Of a stretch of 64,000 nt of DNA, positions 48,684 through 58,881 are shown piece by piece. A program made the translations under genes and the position numbers. Source of the stretch: Gammaproteobacteria bacterium. GTDB lineage: Bacteria > Pseudomonadota > Gammaproteobacteria > Xanthomonadales > Wenzhouxiangellaceae. The first letter of the stretch is position 1, and each line of letters opens with the position of its first letter. Location of the stretch: assembly GCA_021772975.1 (NCBI GenBank), contig JAJFKY010000020.1, forward strand, positions 5,559-69,558. Reading direction: 5' to 3'. The notes under the pieces are model-generated. The model had not been told where the DNA came from. It saw only the letters and a list, made by a program, of their open reading frames with translations, and searched no databases.

Positions 48684-48768
48684 AGCATCTCCTTATGGAT
48701 ACTTTTAGCGGGCTTGCTGGATGCAGCAGGTGAGCTGGCTGCGTCTGGCTGGCTGATGGTTGAAAGGG

Positions 48769-48954
48769 TTATTTGGTTAACAGCAATTTATTCTGCCGGG
48801 TTATCCGCAGGCAATACAGTTCACCGTTATGCTCGATCCACATCGATTGGCTGTCACCCAATAACAACTGGCTGGAGATTGGCTGATCTCTGCTGAAGAC
48901 CTTACCGCTATGCGGTCTGGATAGCTGGTTCGAGTCAGAAGTATTGTCTGCCAT
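48769..48954 (-). CDS. hemP: Hemin uptake protein HemP
   Basis: 61 aa from the ATG at 48954. The C-terminus WIEHNGELYCLRITRQNKLLLTK is the HemP signature. Confidence 0.8.
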   Translation of the reverse strand: MADNTSDSNQLSRPHSGKVFSRDQPISSQLLLGDSQSMWIEHNGELYCLRITRQNKLLLTK

Positions 48955-48956
48955 AT

Positions 48957-48975
48957 GCAAATGATAATCATTATC
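48957..48975. promoter_or_regulatory. Fur box
   Basis: gcaaatgataatcattatc matches 17 of 19 positions of GATAATGATAATCATTATC. On the minus strand it abuts a TATAAT hexamer directly upstream of hemP. Confidence 0.8.
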
Positions 48976-49134
48976 ATTATAAAGTCAACCACTCCTGGTG
49001 TTACCTTCTCGGGATCAACCCTGTCTGGCGCTATCCAGATGCTTGAGCCTGGGCTTGACTGTGGGTTGGCAGTGACCAGTAACGGACATGGCGCGCACTG
49101 TTATAATTGCCGCAGGTCCGAGCCAGGCAAAAGT

Positions 49135-49551
49135 GTGAATGACTTCCAGCAAAGGGTAGAGCTATCCACTACCCGTGTAACCAAACTGGTGTTTCCGCAT
49201 GACACCAACCATATCCGGACGCTGTACGGTGGCACCGCCATGCAATGGATGGACGAGGTGGGTTTTTTGGTGGCAACGCGTTTTTCCCGGCAGAAAGTGG
49301 TCACGGTTTCGATTGACCGGGTGGATTTCAAGGTGCCGATTCCGGAAGGCAGCATTGTCGAACTGGTGGGCAAGGTGATTCGGGTGGGCAACACCAGCAT
49401 GACCACCCGCGTGCAGATTTTTCGGGAAAATATGTTTGCCGGAGGTCAGCAACTGGCAGTCTCGGCGGAGATGGTGTTTGTAGCAGTCGGTGAAGACAAT
49501 AAGCCAACCCCGCTGAGTGTCCACCAGACCACCCCGGCTGAGCAGAGCTGA
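49135..49551 (+). CDS. Acyl-CoA thioesterase (YciA-like hotdog fold)
   Basis: TKLVFPHDTNHIRTLYGGTAMQWMDE ... VDFKVPI. The GTG at 49135 gives a normal length of about 138 aa. The ORF-track N-terminus (MQMIIIIII) is a translation of the Fur box. Confidence 0.75.
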   Translation: MNDFQQRVELSTTRVTKLVFPHDTNHIRTLYGGTAMQWMDEVGFLVATRFSRQKVVTVSIDRVDFKVPIPEGSIVELVGKVIRVGNTSMTTRVQIFRENMFAGGQQLAVSAEMVFVAVGEDNKPTPLSVHQTTPAEQS

Positions 49552-49554
49552 ACG

Positions 49555-50073
49555 GTGTATTACCTGGCTTATGGCTCCAACCTGCACCCTGCGCGCCTGT
49601 CCAAACGGCTGGGTTCGATCAACTGTATCGGGGTGACTGAACTGGCTGGCTGGCAGTTACGCTTTCACAAACGCGGCGCGGACGGTTCCGGCAAGGGCAA
49701 TCTGATTCAAGCCGCGGATATGACTGCCTGGGCTGTTGTGTATGAACTGGATGATAGCCAGAAAAACCGGCTGGATGAGTTTGAAGGTGACGGCTATGAG
49801 TGCGTCAATATGGATGTCACGGTCGTGCAACAGGACTATAGCTGTTTCTGTTATCTGGCCGAACCGGATTGGATTAATGACCAGCTGTTACCGCATGACT
49901 GGTACCGCGATCTGATTCTGCACGGTGCCCGGCACGCCGGATTTACCGCAGCTTATCTGCAGCTTATCCAGTCCCAGCAGGTGCAGATTGACGAGCTTGG
50001 ACGGCAACGGCATGCTGAGCTGTTGCAACATATGCAGCAGGCAGGCAGCCTGTTGATGCAGCACTATGGGTGA
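49555..50073 (+). CDS. Gamma-glutamylcyclotransferase (AIG2-like) family protein
   Basis: YYLAYGSNLHPARL N-terminal motif, 172 aa. Confidence 0.7.
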   Translation: MYYLAYGSNLHPARLSKRLGSINCIGVTELAGWQLRFHKRGADGSGKGNLIQAADMTAWAVVYELDDSQKNRLDEFEGDGYECVNMDVTVVQQDYSCFCYLAEPDWINDQLLPHDWYRDLILHGARHAGFTAAYLQLIQSQQVQIDELGRQRHAELLQHMQQAGSLLMQHYG

Positions 50074-50308
50074 TGGCACTGGCGGCCCGTGGTTGCCTTG
50101 CTGCCTGAATCAGCAGTCAAAATAAACCCGCCGTCTGGTTTGAGCTGATTCAAGCTGCGATTGATGTCCGGTCATGCAATAAGAACCAGCCCTGTTTTAT
50201 GCCGTGAATAGTTGCTGTTTTATTACGCAGGGCTGGCCATCAGCACTGGCTGTTTTTGGTAACGCAGCACGGACATAGCAACAATCAGTTGCCGGGAATG
50301 CTGAGGTA

Positions 50309-51862
50309 TTATTCCTGCGCCGCAACCGGCTTATCGCGATGCCGGTCCACCAGACAGTAAAATCCGAATACCGCATCGCTGTCATTGCGTAATTGATGCG
50401 CGCTGTTGGGCGGGACATAGGCAATATCGTGCGCTGAGAGGACTTGTTGCCGGCTGCCGATCTGTAGCTGGCCGGTGCCGCGTACACCGATAATCACATG
50501 CGTATGCCAATGTCGTTCGTGACTGGTGAAACCGCCGGGCTGTAATTCAAAATAGCGTAATTCGAAGTTGGTCTGGTGCGCTGCGCCGATCAGCTCAGTG
50601 CGCGAAGCATTCGCATGGGGCAGGTCCTGTGAGGTTTTATAGACAGTCTGCGGACGTTGTGGCCAGCCCGGTCCGGCCTGGGCTTTAAGCACCAGCGCTT
50701 CGCTGTGAGCCGTTGCGGTTGGCTTGAGCGGCGTATACCTGCCTGGATAGCGCGCCTGAATAACGGCCTGGTACTCTCGGGTGCTGGCCTGCAAATCCGG
50801 GCCATGCGCCAGCAGTGCGCCGCCGATCAGCAGCATCGCGTCAGCACCGTATTCATCCAGCATCTCCGGAATCAAATCCAGATGTTTACCGCCAGCCGGG
50901 CTGGGCAGGCTGGGCAGGCAGCCGCCGAGTGGATCGGTCAGGGCATGCTGGATCCGTTCACAGGTTGTTTCCTGGCTGGTAATGCGGCCGCCATGCCCCG
51001 GGAAAATGCTGATGTCAGCACCTGCCAGACGCAGCAGCGTGCCGTATAACACCGCTGGGGCAACGCCATGTTGAGCAGGGCGGGTAAAGCTTCCAGCCAG
51101 CGCCGGATGCGCCATATAGGCCAGTTCAAAATCGCTGGTTAATTGCTGGCAGTGGCCCAGGCCCATTACCCAGGGGCACAGCAGCACGCCCTGCAATCGC
51201 AGCGATTTGATCAGCGCCAGGCGACGTTTGAGATCATCGCCGGCGCCGGTGACATGGGGGAAATAAAGGCACGGTCGACCAGTCTTCTGAGTAGCCTGTT
51301 CAATGGCCTCCGCGGTGCCGGTAACACGCTGTCGAAACAGCTCAAAATCTTTTTCGACCAGGTTCTGGTCGTCTTTCAATACATCGCCACCACCGAGAAT
51401 AAAATCCCGCGCCAACCGCTGAAAGTAGGCAATGCTTTCGCCGCGTGGTTTCAGTACCGTGGCCAGCAGGGGACGTTCATGGATACCCAGCAATTCACGA
51501 ATACCGGCACTGCCCAGACGGGGGCCGCCGATGGCATCGGCCAGTTCATCCGGGATGCTCAATTGTTCCAGACGCACCTGGGGATACAGCGACACATTGC
51601 CATAAGCCAGATTGAACAACTGCCCGATCTGATCACTGGCCAGATAAGCGTGATAGCTGATCGTGGTCAGGTGTGAGCCATCGCGGGCCTGTTGCAGATC
51701 GATGACCTCGCCCACCACGCGCTCCCGCAGCTGTGCGCTGACCACTGATTCAACCACCTCTACTGTTTGCTCCCAGGCCATCGCACGGGCCAGGCTGGCG
51801 GCCTGATGAGGCGCGCACTGGATGCGGTAGCGGGCAATAATTTTTGCTGGTGATGCTTGCAT
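50309..51862 (-). CDS. RuBisCO-like protein (form IV large-subunit homolog) fused to a C-terminal cupin domain
   Basis: Residues 1 to about 372 carry LLATVLKPRG, GGGDVLKDDQNL and PHVTG blocks of RuBisCO large-subunit-type TIM barrels. Residues ~400-510 carry cupin motifs (GGFTSHERHWHTHV..G and VPPNSAHQLRN). Confidence 0.78.
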   Translation of the reverse strand: MQASPAKIIARYRIQCAPHQAASLARAMAWEQTVEVVESVVSAQLRERVVGEVIDLQQARDGSHLTTISYHAYLASDQIGQLFNLAYGNVSLYPQVRLEQLSIPDELADAIGGPRLGSAGIRELLGIHERPLLATVLKPRGESIAYFQRLARDFILGGGDVLKDDQNLVEKDFELFRQRVTGTAEAIEQATQKTGRPCLYFPHVTGAGDDLKRRLALIKSLRLQGVLLCPWVMGLGHCQQLTSDFELAYMAHPALAGSFTRPAQHGVAPAVLYGTLLRLAGADISIFPGHGGRITSQETTCERIQHALTDPLGGCLPSLPSPAGGKHLDLIPEMLDEYGADAMLLIGGALLAHGPDLQASTREYQAVIQARYPGRYTPLKPTATAHSEALVLKAQAGPGWPQRPQTVYKTSQDLPHANASRTELIGAAHQTNFELRYFELQPGGFTSHERHWHTHVIIGVRGTGQLQIGSRQQVLSAHDIAYVPPNSAHQLRNDSDAVFGFYCLVDRHRDKPVAAQE

Positions 51863-51957
51863 GGGTGTCTATGATAGGGGCTTTTTAAGCTGGACGGCAG
51901 ACAGCGGCGCGGACAAGCCTTACAATTCCCGGCCGGACCACAGCAACGCACAACATC

Positions 51958-52965
51958 ATGACCCAGCACCGTAGCCTGACCGGCATCACCACCTCTGGTA
52001 CCCCCCACCTTGGTAATTACGTGGGTGCGATCAAGCCGGCCCTGGCGGCCAGCCAGGACCCGGCGGCTGAAGCCTATTACTTTCTGGCCGACTATCACGC
52101 CCTGGTGAAATGCTTCGAACCGGAACGGCTGCATCAATCCACCCTGGAGATTGCTGCAACCTGGCTGGCGCTGGGTTTGGATACCAGCCGCGCGGTGTTT
52201 TACCGGCAATCGGATATTCCGGAAATTCCCGAACTGACCTGGCTGTTGACCTGCATGACCGCCAAGGGCCTGATGAATCGCTCACATGCTTATAAAGCCG
52301 CGGTCCAGGCCAATGAATCCGCCGGTGAAGACCCGGATTTCGGCCTCAGCATGGGTTTGTTCAATTACCCGATACTGATGAGCGCGGATATTCTGATGTT
52401 CAATGCAACCCATGTTCCGGTGGGCCGCGATCAGGCCCAGCATCTGGAAATGGCCAGGGATATCGCGCAGCGCTTTAATCATCATTACGGCGAACATTTT
52501 GTGTTGCCCGAAGCCGTGATCGATGCGCAGGTCGCCACACTGCCGGGCCAGGATGGCCGCAAGATGTCGAAAAGTTATGACAACACCATTCCGTTATGGC
52601 TGCCGGAGAAGCAGCTGCGCAAACAGATCATGCGGATTGTCACCAACTCGCAGGAGCCCGGTGAGCCCAAAGATCCGGACAGCGCTAATGTCTATGCCAT
52701 TTATGCCGCTTTTGCCACCCCCGAACAGCGTGCGGCGATGCGCGCGGCGTTTGCGGATGGTATTGCCTGGGGTGAGGTCAAGCAGCAGCTGTTCGAATTG
52801 ATTAACGCTGAACTGGCCGAACCGCGCGCCCGCTACCAGGAGTTGCTGGCCAGTCCGGCGATCATCGAAACTGAATTACAGGCTGGCGCAGCCAGGGCGC
52901 GTGCCTACGCCCGTCCGTTTATGCAGCGTCTGCGGTCGGCGGTGGGCATCGGCAGCCTGGCCTAA
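51958..52965 (+). CDS. trpS: Tryptophan-tRNA ligase
   Basis: The class I HIGH-like motif sits within [13 protein letters not shown], and KMSKS is present. 335 aa. Confidence 0.93.
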   Translation: MTQHRSLTGITTSGTPHLGNYVGAIKPALAASQDPAAEAYYFLADYHALVKCFEPERLHQSTLEIAATWLALGLDTSRAVFYRQSDIPEIPELTWLLTCMTAKGLMNRSHAYKAAVQANESAGEDPDFGLSMGLFNYPILMSADILMFNATHVPVGRDQAQHLEMARDIAQRFNHHYGEHFVLPEAVIDAQVATLPGQDGRKMSKSYDNTIPLWLPEKQLRKQIMRIVTNSQEPGEPKDPDSANVYAIYAAFATPEQRAAMRAAFADGIAWGEVKQQLFELINAELAEPRARYQELLASPAIIETELQAGAARARAYARPFMQRLRSAVGIGSLA

Positions 52966-52993
52966 AGCAGGCTGCCTGAAGCAGAATAGCGAG

Positions 52994-53260
52994 ATGTTAG
53001 TTTCATTGGCTTTACTGGCGCCCATTGTGGCGGTGCTGTATTGGATATATCTGCGCACCAGCCATCCGGGCCGACGCTTAAGGGATTATCTCTGGCTACT
53101 GTTGATCATCGTGGTGGTGGTCTTGGTGACCGCGCTGACGCATCTGCTGGTAGACAGTTCAGACAGCAGTCTGTGGGTTTATGTATTGGCGCCGATGGTG
53201 GGTTATGGCGCTTTATTGACCGGTCTCGGTCTGGCATTCTGGCTGCGCCGCAGAAGCTGA
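52994..53260 (+). CDS. Small membrane protein (3 predicted TM helices)
   Basis: The ATG at 52994 gives 88 aa with hydrophobic segments. It has no family motif. Confidence 0.4.
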   Translation: MLVSLALLAPIVAVLYWIYLRTSHPGRRLRDYLWLLLIIVVVVLVTALTHLLVDSSDSSLWVYVLAPMVGYGALLTGLGLAFWLRRRS

Positions 53261-53362
53261 GCTTGGCCGTGGGGGCGGGATTCAGTGTGGCAGTCATGGC
53301 TTGTCAGTCGCGTATACTGTCACCATCTCAGCAGGCATGAATTCAGTCCAGCAGGCAAGGCT

Positions 53363-53662
53363 ATGTACTATTTGATCCGCGCACTGGATGCGCCCGGTAA
53401 ACAATCCGACCGGCAGGCCGCCCGTCCAGCGCATCTGCAGCGGCTGCAGGCCTTACGCGATGCCGGGCGGCTGTTGACCGCTGGACCGATTCCCGCCATC
53501 GACAGCAGTGAGCTGGCGCTGGCAGGGGTCAAAGGGTCCTTGATTGTGGCTGAGTTTGAGCACCTTGCAGCGGCCCGGCAATGGGCGGCGGACGATCCCT
53601 ACCAGGCCGCCGGGGTATATGCCGAGGTCGAGATCGAACCGTTCGTGGCGGTGTTTAAATGA
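53363..53662 (+). CDS. YciI family protein
   Basis: 99 aa from the ATG at 53363, with RPAHLQRL...GSLIVAEFE...A..W...DPY. Confidence 0.7.
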   Translation: MYYLIRALDAPGKQSDRQAARPAHLQRLQALRDAGRLLTAGPIPAIDSSELALAGVKGSLIVAEFEHLAAARQWAADDPYQAAGVYAEVEIEPFVAVFK

Positions 53663-53934
53663 CGGCTGAGCGCGTCCAGGTTATCCGCACTCGCCTGCAG
53701 CAGGCACTGCAACCTGAGCACCTGCAGATAGACGATGAGAGTCACCTGCATGCCGGTCATGCCGGCGCGAAGGATGGCCGGGGCCATTTTTTTGTCCACA
53801 TCGTCAGCCCGGTTTTTGCTGATAAAACGGCGGTGCAACGGCATCGGTTGATCTATCAGGCCCTGGGTGATCTGATGCAGACCGATATTCACGCCGTGCG
53901 TATAGAAGCGTTGGCAGCCAATGATTTTGAATAG
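53659..53934 (+). CDS. BolA family protein
   Basis: 91 aa with LQIDDESHLHAGH ... HFFVHIVSPVFADKTAVQRHRLIYQAL. There is a 4-nt overlap with the yciI-like gene. Confidence 0.85.
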   Translation: MTAERVQVIRTRLQQALQPEHLQIDDESHLHAGHAGAKDGRGHFFVHIVSPVFADKTAVQRHRLIYQALGDLMQTDIHAVRIEALAANDFE

Positions 53935-53974
53935 TCGCCACGCTGATAGCGAAGCTGGCGCACTGGGAAAAGCT

Positions 53975-54769
53975 ATGATTTTAAAACGTTATATAGTCAT
54001 TTTAATGTTGATTCTTGTGACGGGTCTGAGCGCGTGCTCGCGCGACGGTACTGATTTATCGGTGCCCGCGCTGGCCATGGTTGATGGCGTACCGATTACC
54101 CGCACTTTGCTGAATGTTTACCTGCAGCAGCAAGGCATCGCCGAGCCCACGCCGGAACAAACCGGAGAAGCGCTGAACAATCTGATTCAGCTGCTGGCGG
54201 TGTCCAACGCGGCGCGCGCGCAGGATGATTTTATCAGCCCGGAACTGAGTGCTGAACTCGAACTGCAACAGCGCCGTCTGTTGTTTGAGCGCTATGCTCA
54301 GAACTACATTGCCCGCTACCAGACCAGTGATGAAGAATTGCGCAAGCAATATCAGGAGACCGTGGCCAATACCGGTGGCAAGCAATACCGGTTGGAAACG
54401 GTGATTTTTCCGGATGAACAGCAGGCGCTGAGCGCCATCCTGGAATTGCAGAACGGTGCTGAATACAGCCGGATCGCCAGCAACCATCCCACTGAAGCGC
54501 TGGACTGGGTTGATCTGACTCAGATTCCAGGGGATTACGCGCAGGCGGTAAAAGCCACCGCAATCAATGGTATCGCACCGATTCCGCTGCCGTCACCGCA
54601 GGGCTGGCGACTGGTCAAAGTGGTGGAAACCCGCCCCTTTGATCCGCCACCGTTTGAGCAGGTTAAAGAGGGTATGCGGCGTGATCTGAACCGTCAGAAA
54701 GTCGAAGTATGGACCAACCGGCTGCGTGAGCAGGCCGATGTGGTGCTGGAGAATATCCAGGTTGAATAG
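53975..54769 (+). CDS. Lipoprotein, SurA/PpiC-type peptidyl-prolyl isomerase-like
   Basis: The ATG at 53975 gives the lipobox LSAC. It has a SurA-N-like helical part and a degenerate parvulin-like segment. Confidence 0.5.
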   Translation: MILKRYIVILMLILVTGLSACSRDGTDLSVPALAMVDGVPITRTLLNVYLQQQGIAEPTPEQTGEALNNLIQLLAVSNAARAQDDFISPELSAELELQQRRLLFERYAQNYIARYQTSDEELRKQYQETVANTGGKQYRLETVIFPDEQQALSAILELQNGAEYSRIASNHPTEALDWVDLTQIPGDYAQAVKATAINGIAPIPLPSPQGWRLVKVVETRPFDPPPFEQVKEGMRRDLNRQKVEVWTNRLREQADVVLENIQVE

Positions 54770-54781
54770 CTGCCGGGCTGG

Positions 54782-55171
54782 TCAGGCTAACTTGACCGGT
54801 GGTTTCGGCTGCCAGTCCGGCGCTTGGTATTCCGCGGTCACCTGGGTATAAATGCCGCCGCGCACATTGAAGTCGGCCAGCAGACGCATAAAGCGTGGCT
54901 GGGTGGCAGCCACCAGATCGTCCAGAATCTGATTGGTTACGGCCTCATGAAAAGCACCCTGGTCGCGATACCACCAGACGTACTGCTTGAGCGCCTTGAG
55001 TTCCACGCACAGCCGGTCCGGGATATATTCCAGCAGCAGGGTGGCAAAGTCAGGTTGACCGGTTTTTGGACACAGGCAGGTAAACTCCGGAATATTGATC
55101 CGGATGGTATAATCCCGCGCTTTGTGCGGATTGGGGAAAACGTCCAAATCGCGTGATGGTTGGCTTGACAT
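54782..55171 (-). CDS. queF: NADPH-dependent 7-cyano-7-deazaguanine reductase (unimodular type)
   Basis: [13 protein letters not shown] catalytic Cys and the VELKALKQY QueF motif. The ATG is at 55171. Confidence 0.9.
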   Translation of the reverse strand: MSSQPSRDLDVFPNPHKARDYTIRINIPEFTCLCPKTGQPDFATLLLEYIPDRLCVELKALKQYVWWYRDQGAFHEAVTNQILDDLVAATQPRFMRLLADFNVRGGIYTQVTAEYQAPDWQPKPPVKLA

Positions 55172-55291
55172 GTTGAGCTTCCGGGATAAAACGCGCACCT
55201 TAACCCGAGATGCGGATAACGACAACATCAGTGAACAGCCGGGCATTCCACCGCCAGGGCTGCACTGTCTGAGATAAGATGAAATGACAAT

Positions 55292-58200
55292 ATGCGCTTG
55301 ACTGCGATCAAACTGGCTGGATTCAAATCCTTTGTAGACCCGACCACCTTGAGTTTCAGCACCAATCTGACCGGCGTGGTGGGTCCGAATGGCTGTGGCA
55401 AATCGAATATTATCGACGCGGTGCGCTGGGTAATGGGTGAAAGCTCGGCCCGGCAGCTGCGCGGTGAATCCATGAGCGATGTGATTTTTAACGGCTCCAG
55501 CGCGCGCAAACCGGTCGGCACCGCCAGTGTGGAACTGTTGTTTGATAACAGCGAAGGCCGTGCGGGTGGTGAATACGCCGCCTTCAGCGAGATCGCGGTG
55601 CGCCGTCAGGTGGCCCGGGACGGCGCTTCCGGTTATTTTTTGAACGGCACGCGCTGCCGTCGCAAGGACATTACTGATCTGTTTCTGGGCACCGGCCTGG
55701 GACCGCGCAGTTACTCCATCATCGAGCAGGGCATGATTTCGCAGATTGTGGAGGCACGCCCGGAAGAGTTACGTCATTATCTGGAAGAGGCCGCGGGTAT
55801 TTCCAAATACCGTGAACGCCGCCGCGAAACCGAAAACCGTATCCGCCACACCCGCGAAAATCTCGACCGGCTGAGCGATCTGCGGGAGGAAGTCAGCAAG
55901 CATCTGGATAAGCTCAAGCGTCAGGCGAGGGCCGCCGAGCGCTATAAAAAACTGCAGGCTGAAAAACGTCATCTGGATGCTCGTCTGCTGGCGCTGCAAT
56001 GGCGTGAACTGCAGACCGGCGGGACTACCGAGCAGGCGCGCAGCCGTGATCTGGAAGTCAAGCTGGAAGAAGCCATCGCCGCTCAGCGCCATGCCGAAAC
56101 AGGTATGGAGTTGTTGCGCGAACAGCAAACCAAAGCGCAGGATCATCAGAGCACTGTCCAGGGCGAGTTGTATCAACTGGGCGCGCGTATCGCGCAGACC
56201 GAACAGAGTATTCAGCACCAGCGTGAACTGCGCGAGCGGCAGATAACCGAGCAGCGTGAGATTCGCACCAGCCTGGATGAACTGGAACATTTACGCAGTG
56301 TGGATATGGAGCGGGTGGAAACGCTGACCACGGAACTGGCCGAACAGGAACCCGCGCTGGAGCGTATGCAGCAGAAGCTGCTGGCCGAGCAGGAGCAACT
56401 GCAGGCCCAGGAAGCGGAAATCAGCCAGCGCCAGGCGGCCTTGCGCACCCAGCTGGACACCGGCAGTCAGCACAAGCAGCAGACCGAGGTCCTGCGCACG
56501 CGTATTCAGCATCTGGACGAACAACTGGCGCGTGATGCCCAGCGTCTGACCAGGTTGCGCGAGGAACAACAGCAGTTGGACCCGGACAAACCGGCTGCTC
56601 AGCTGCAGCAGGCCAGTCAGCAGGCCGAGCAGGCGCAACAGGTATTAACTCAGCTGCAGGCCGGAATTGAACAGCAGCGTGAGCAGCTGCAGCAGCAGCG
56701 TGAACAGGTCAATCAGTTGCAGCGCAAGCTGCAGGATACCAACCAGCGGATCAGTGCTGATCAGGGCCGCCTGCATTCTTTGCATGCACTGCAGCAGGCT
56801 GCGCTGGGTGAAGATGATGAAAGCGTGCAGCAGTGGTTGCGCGATGCCGGGTTGAATCAACAACCGCGTCTGGCCTCGGCGCTGGATGTGCCGGAGCAAT
56901 GGGCAACCGCTGTGGAGACCGTGCTGGGTGATTACCTGCAGGCTGTACTGGTGGATGATGCGGCGGCTCATGCCGCTTCTCTGGCCGGGCATTTTGATGC
57001 GGATGAGAGTGGCGGTCTGATTCTGGTCGCTCATCACAGCGGGCCGGCAGCCACGCCATCATCAGCCAGCGCCTTACCAACCCTGGCGACGCAGGTCAGT
57101 GCGCCTGCCCCGGTGCTGCAACGGCTGAGCAAAATCCGTTGTGTGAACACCCTGGACGAGGCACTGGCCGAGCAAACCCGGCTGGCCGAGGATGAATCGG
57201 TGATCACGGCGGCGGGTGAGTGGCTGGGGCGTGGCTGGGTAAGGATTCACCGCGGCGACAATCCGGCGGCGGGCAGTTTACGCCGCCAGCAGGAAATCCG
57301 CGCTCTGGAGCAGCGCCTGGTCGAGCATCAACAGCAGGCCGAACAATTGCAGCAGCAACTGGAGGCGGCCCGTACCCAGCGGGCGGAACAGGAAGATCAA
57401 CTGGAGCAGGCCCGCCAGCAGCATAATCAGGCACATCACCAGCTCAGCCGGGCCGAATCAGACCGCAGCAGTGCTGCAAGCAGCCTGCAGACAGTCCAGC
57501 GCCGGCGGCAGCAGTTGCAGCAAGAGTTTGCCGCGTTGACGGAAAGCATCAGTGGGCACGAAACGGGTGCTACCCAGGCGCGCGGTCAAATGCAGGATTT
57601 CGTTACCACCCTGAGCGAGCTGCACAGCGAGCAGCAGCAACTGGAAGCACAGCTCAAGCAGCAGACCGAGCGTTATGAGCAGCTGCGTGACAGCGTCAGG
57701 CAACAGCAGGCTCAGGTGCAACAGGCGGCTATCGGTATTGAGTCACGCCGCGCCAGTCTGAGCTCGCTGCGGGAGTCGCGCGGCCGTGCCGATCAGCAGC
57801 ACCAGCAGTTGCAACAGCGCAGTCAGGAACTGGCGGCCATACTGGAGCAGCAGGTTGAACCGGGCAGTGCCGAGCGAGCCACGCTGGACGAGTTGCTCAA
57901 GCAGCAACTGGCCACTGAACAGCGCCTGAAAGACGCTCGTGGGCGATTGGAAGATATCGCCGAGCAATTACGCAACACCGATGCTGAACGCCAGCAGGCG
58001 GTGGCCTCGGCTGATGAGCTGCGCAGCGCCAGCGAACAGGTGCGGATGCATCTACAGGAATTAAAACTGCGCGCGGATAATCTGGAGAGCCGCCTGTCCG
58101 AGCTGGATGGCGTGCCGGCGATGGCTGAACTGGTGTCTGAACTGCCGGAAGATGTGGCGGTGGATGACTGGCAGGCCGAAGCTGAGAAACTGGAACATCG

Positions 58201-58825
58201 CATTACCCGTCTGGAGCCGGTCAATCTGGCGGCGATCAGCGAGTATCAGCAGGAAGAAGAGCGCAAAACCTATCTGGATAACCAGGATGCGGATTTGCAG
58301 GAAGCGCTGAATACTCTGGAAAAGGCGATCGCCCGGATTGACCGCACCACCCGGACGCGTTTCAAAGAAACTTTCGAGCAGATTCGCGCTGGCATGGAAA
58401 CGCTGTTTCCGCGCTTGTTCGGTGGTGGACACGCCTATCTTGAGTTAACGGGTGATGATCTGCTGACTACCGGCGTATCTATCATGGCGCGCCCGCCGGG
58501 CAAGCGGGTCAGCAGTATTCATCTGTTATCGGGTGGCGAAAAGGCCCTGACCGCGGTGGCCTTTGTATTTGCCATTTTTGGCTTGAATCCTGCCCCGTTC
58601 TGTATGCTTGATGAGGTTGACGCGCCACTGGATGACGCCAATGTCAGCCGCTTCACCAAACTGGTGCAGGAAATGGCCGCCCAGGTTCAGTTCATCGTGG
58701 TAACCCATAATAAGGTCAGCATGGAAATGGCCGAGCAACTGGTGGGCGTCACCATGCGCGAGGCGGGCGTGTCCAGAATGGTCACGGTGAACATTGAGGA
58801 AGCCGCGCAGATGGCCGCCTCTTGA
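55292..58825 (+). CDS. smc: Chromosome segregation protein SMC
   Basis: 1177 aa. Walker [10 protein letters not shown], long Q/E/L-rich coiled coils, a hinge, signature [10 protein letters not shown] and Walker [12 protein letters not shown]. Confidence 0.96.
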   Translation: MRLTAIKLAGFKSFVDPTTLSFSTNLTGVVGPNGCGKSNIIDAVRWVMGESSARQLRGESMSDVIFNGSSARKPVGTASVELLFDNSEGRAGGEYAAFSEIAVRRQVARDGASGYFLNGTRCRRKDITDLFLGTGLGPRSYSIIEQGMISQIVEARPEELRHYLEEAAGISKYRERRRETENRIRHTRENLDRLSDLREEVSKHLDKLKRQARAAERYKKLQAEKRHLDARLLALQWRELQTGGTTEQARSRDLEVKLEEAIAAQRHAETGMELLREQQTKAQDHQSTVQGELYQLGARIAQTEQSIQHQRELRERQITEQREIRTSLDELEHLRSVDMERVETLTTELAEQEPALERMQQKLLAEQEQLQAQEAEISQRQAALRTQLDTGSQHKQQTEVLRTRIQHLDEQLARDAQRLTRLREEQQQLDPDKPAAQLQQASQQAEQAQQVLTQLQAGIEQQREQLQQQREQVNQLQRKLQDTNQRISADQGRLHSLHALQQAALGEDDESVQQWLRDAGLNQQPRLASALDVPEQWATAVETVLGDYLQAVLVDDAAAHAASLAGHFDADESGGLILVAHHSGPAATPSSASALPTLATQVSAPAPVLQRLSKIRCVNTLDEALAEQTRLAEDESVITAAGEWLGRGWVRIHRGDNPAAGSLRRQQEIRALEQRLVEHQQQAEQLQQQLEAARTQRAEQEDQLEQARQQHNQAHHQLSRAESDRSSAASSLQTVQRRRQQLQQEFAALTESISGHETGATQARGQMQDFVTTLSELHSEQQQLEAQLKQQTERYEQLRDSVRQQQAQVQQAAIGIESRRASLSSLRESRGRADQQHQQLQQRSQELAAILEQQVEPGSAERATLDELLKQQLATEQRLKDARGRLEDIAEQLRNTDAERQQAVASADELRSASEQVRMHLQELKLRADNLESRLSELDGVPAMAELVSELPEDVAVDDWQAEAEKLEHRITRLEPVNLAAISEYQQEEERKTYLDNQDADLQEALNTLEKAIARIDRTTRTRFKETFEQIRAGMETLFPRLFGGGHAYLELTGDDLLTTGVSIMARPPGKRVSSIHLLSGGEKALTAVAFVFAIFGLNPAPFCMLDEVDAPLDDANVSRFTKLVQEMAAQVQFIVVTHNKVSMEMAEQLVGVTMREAGVSRMVTVNIEEAAQMAAS

Positions 58826-58881
58826 GCACTACCGACTGCGCACTCCGGAAAATACTCAAGCCTGCGGTAGAATAGGTGAGC

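Noticed and set aside
48955-49134. N-terminal extension of the thioesterase ORF beginning MQMIIIIIIK.
   Set aside because: The poly-Ile stretch is simply the AT-rich Fur box and promoter read in frame. The conserved hotdog domain starts after the GTG at 49135.
56300-57950. Highly repetitive CAGCAG/CTGCAG-rich DNA within smc, and CAG/CCG-rich DNA in the zipA linker (59080-59160).
   Set aside because: This reflects the Q/E/L-rich coiled coil and the P/Q-rich linker composition of the proteins. It is not a DNA repeat element or CRISPR-like array.
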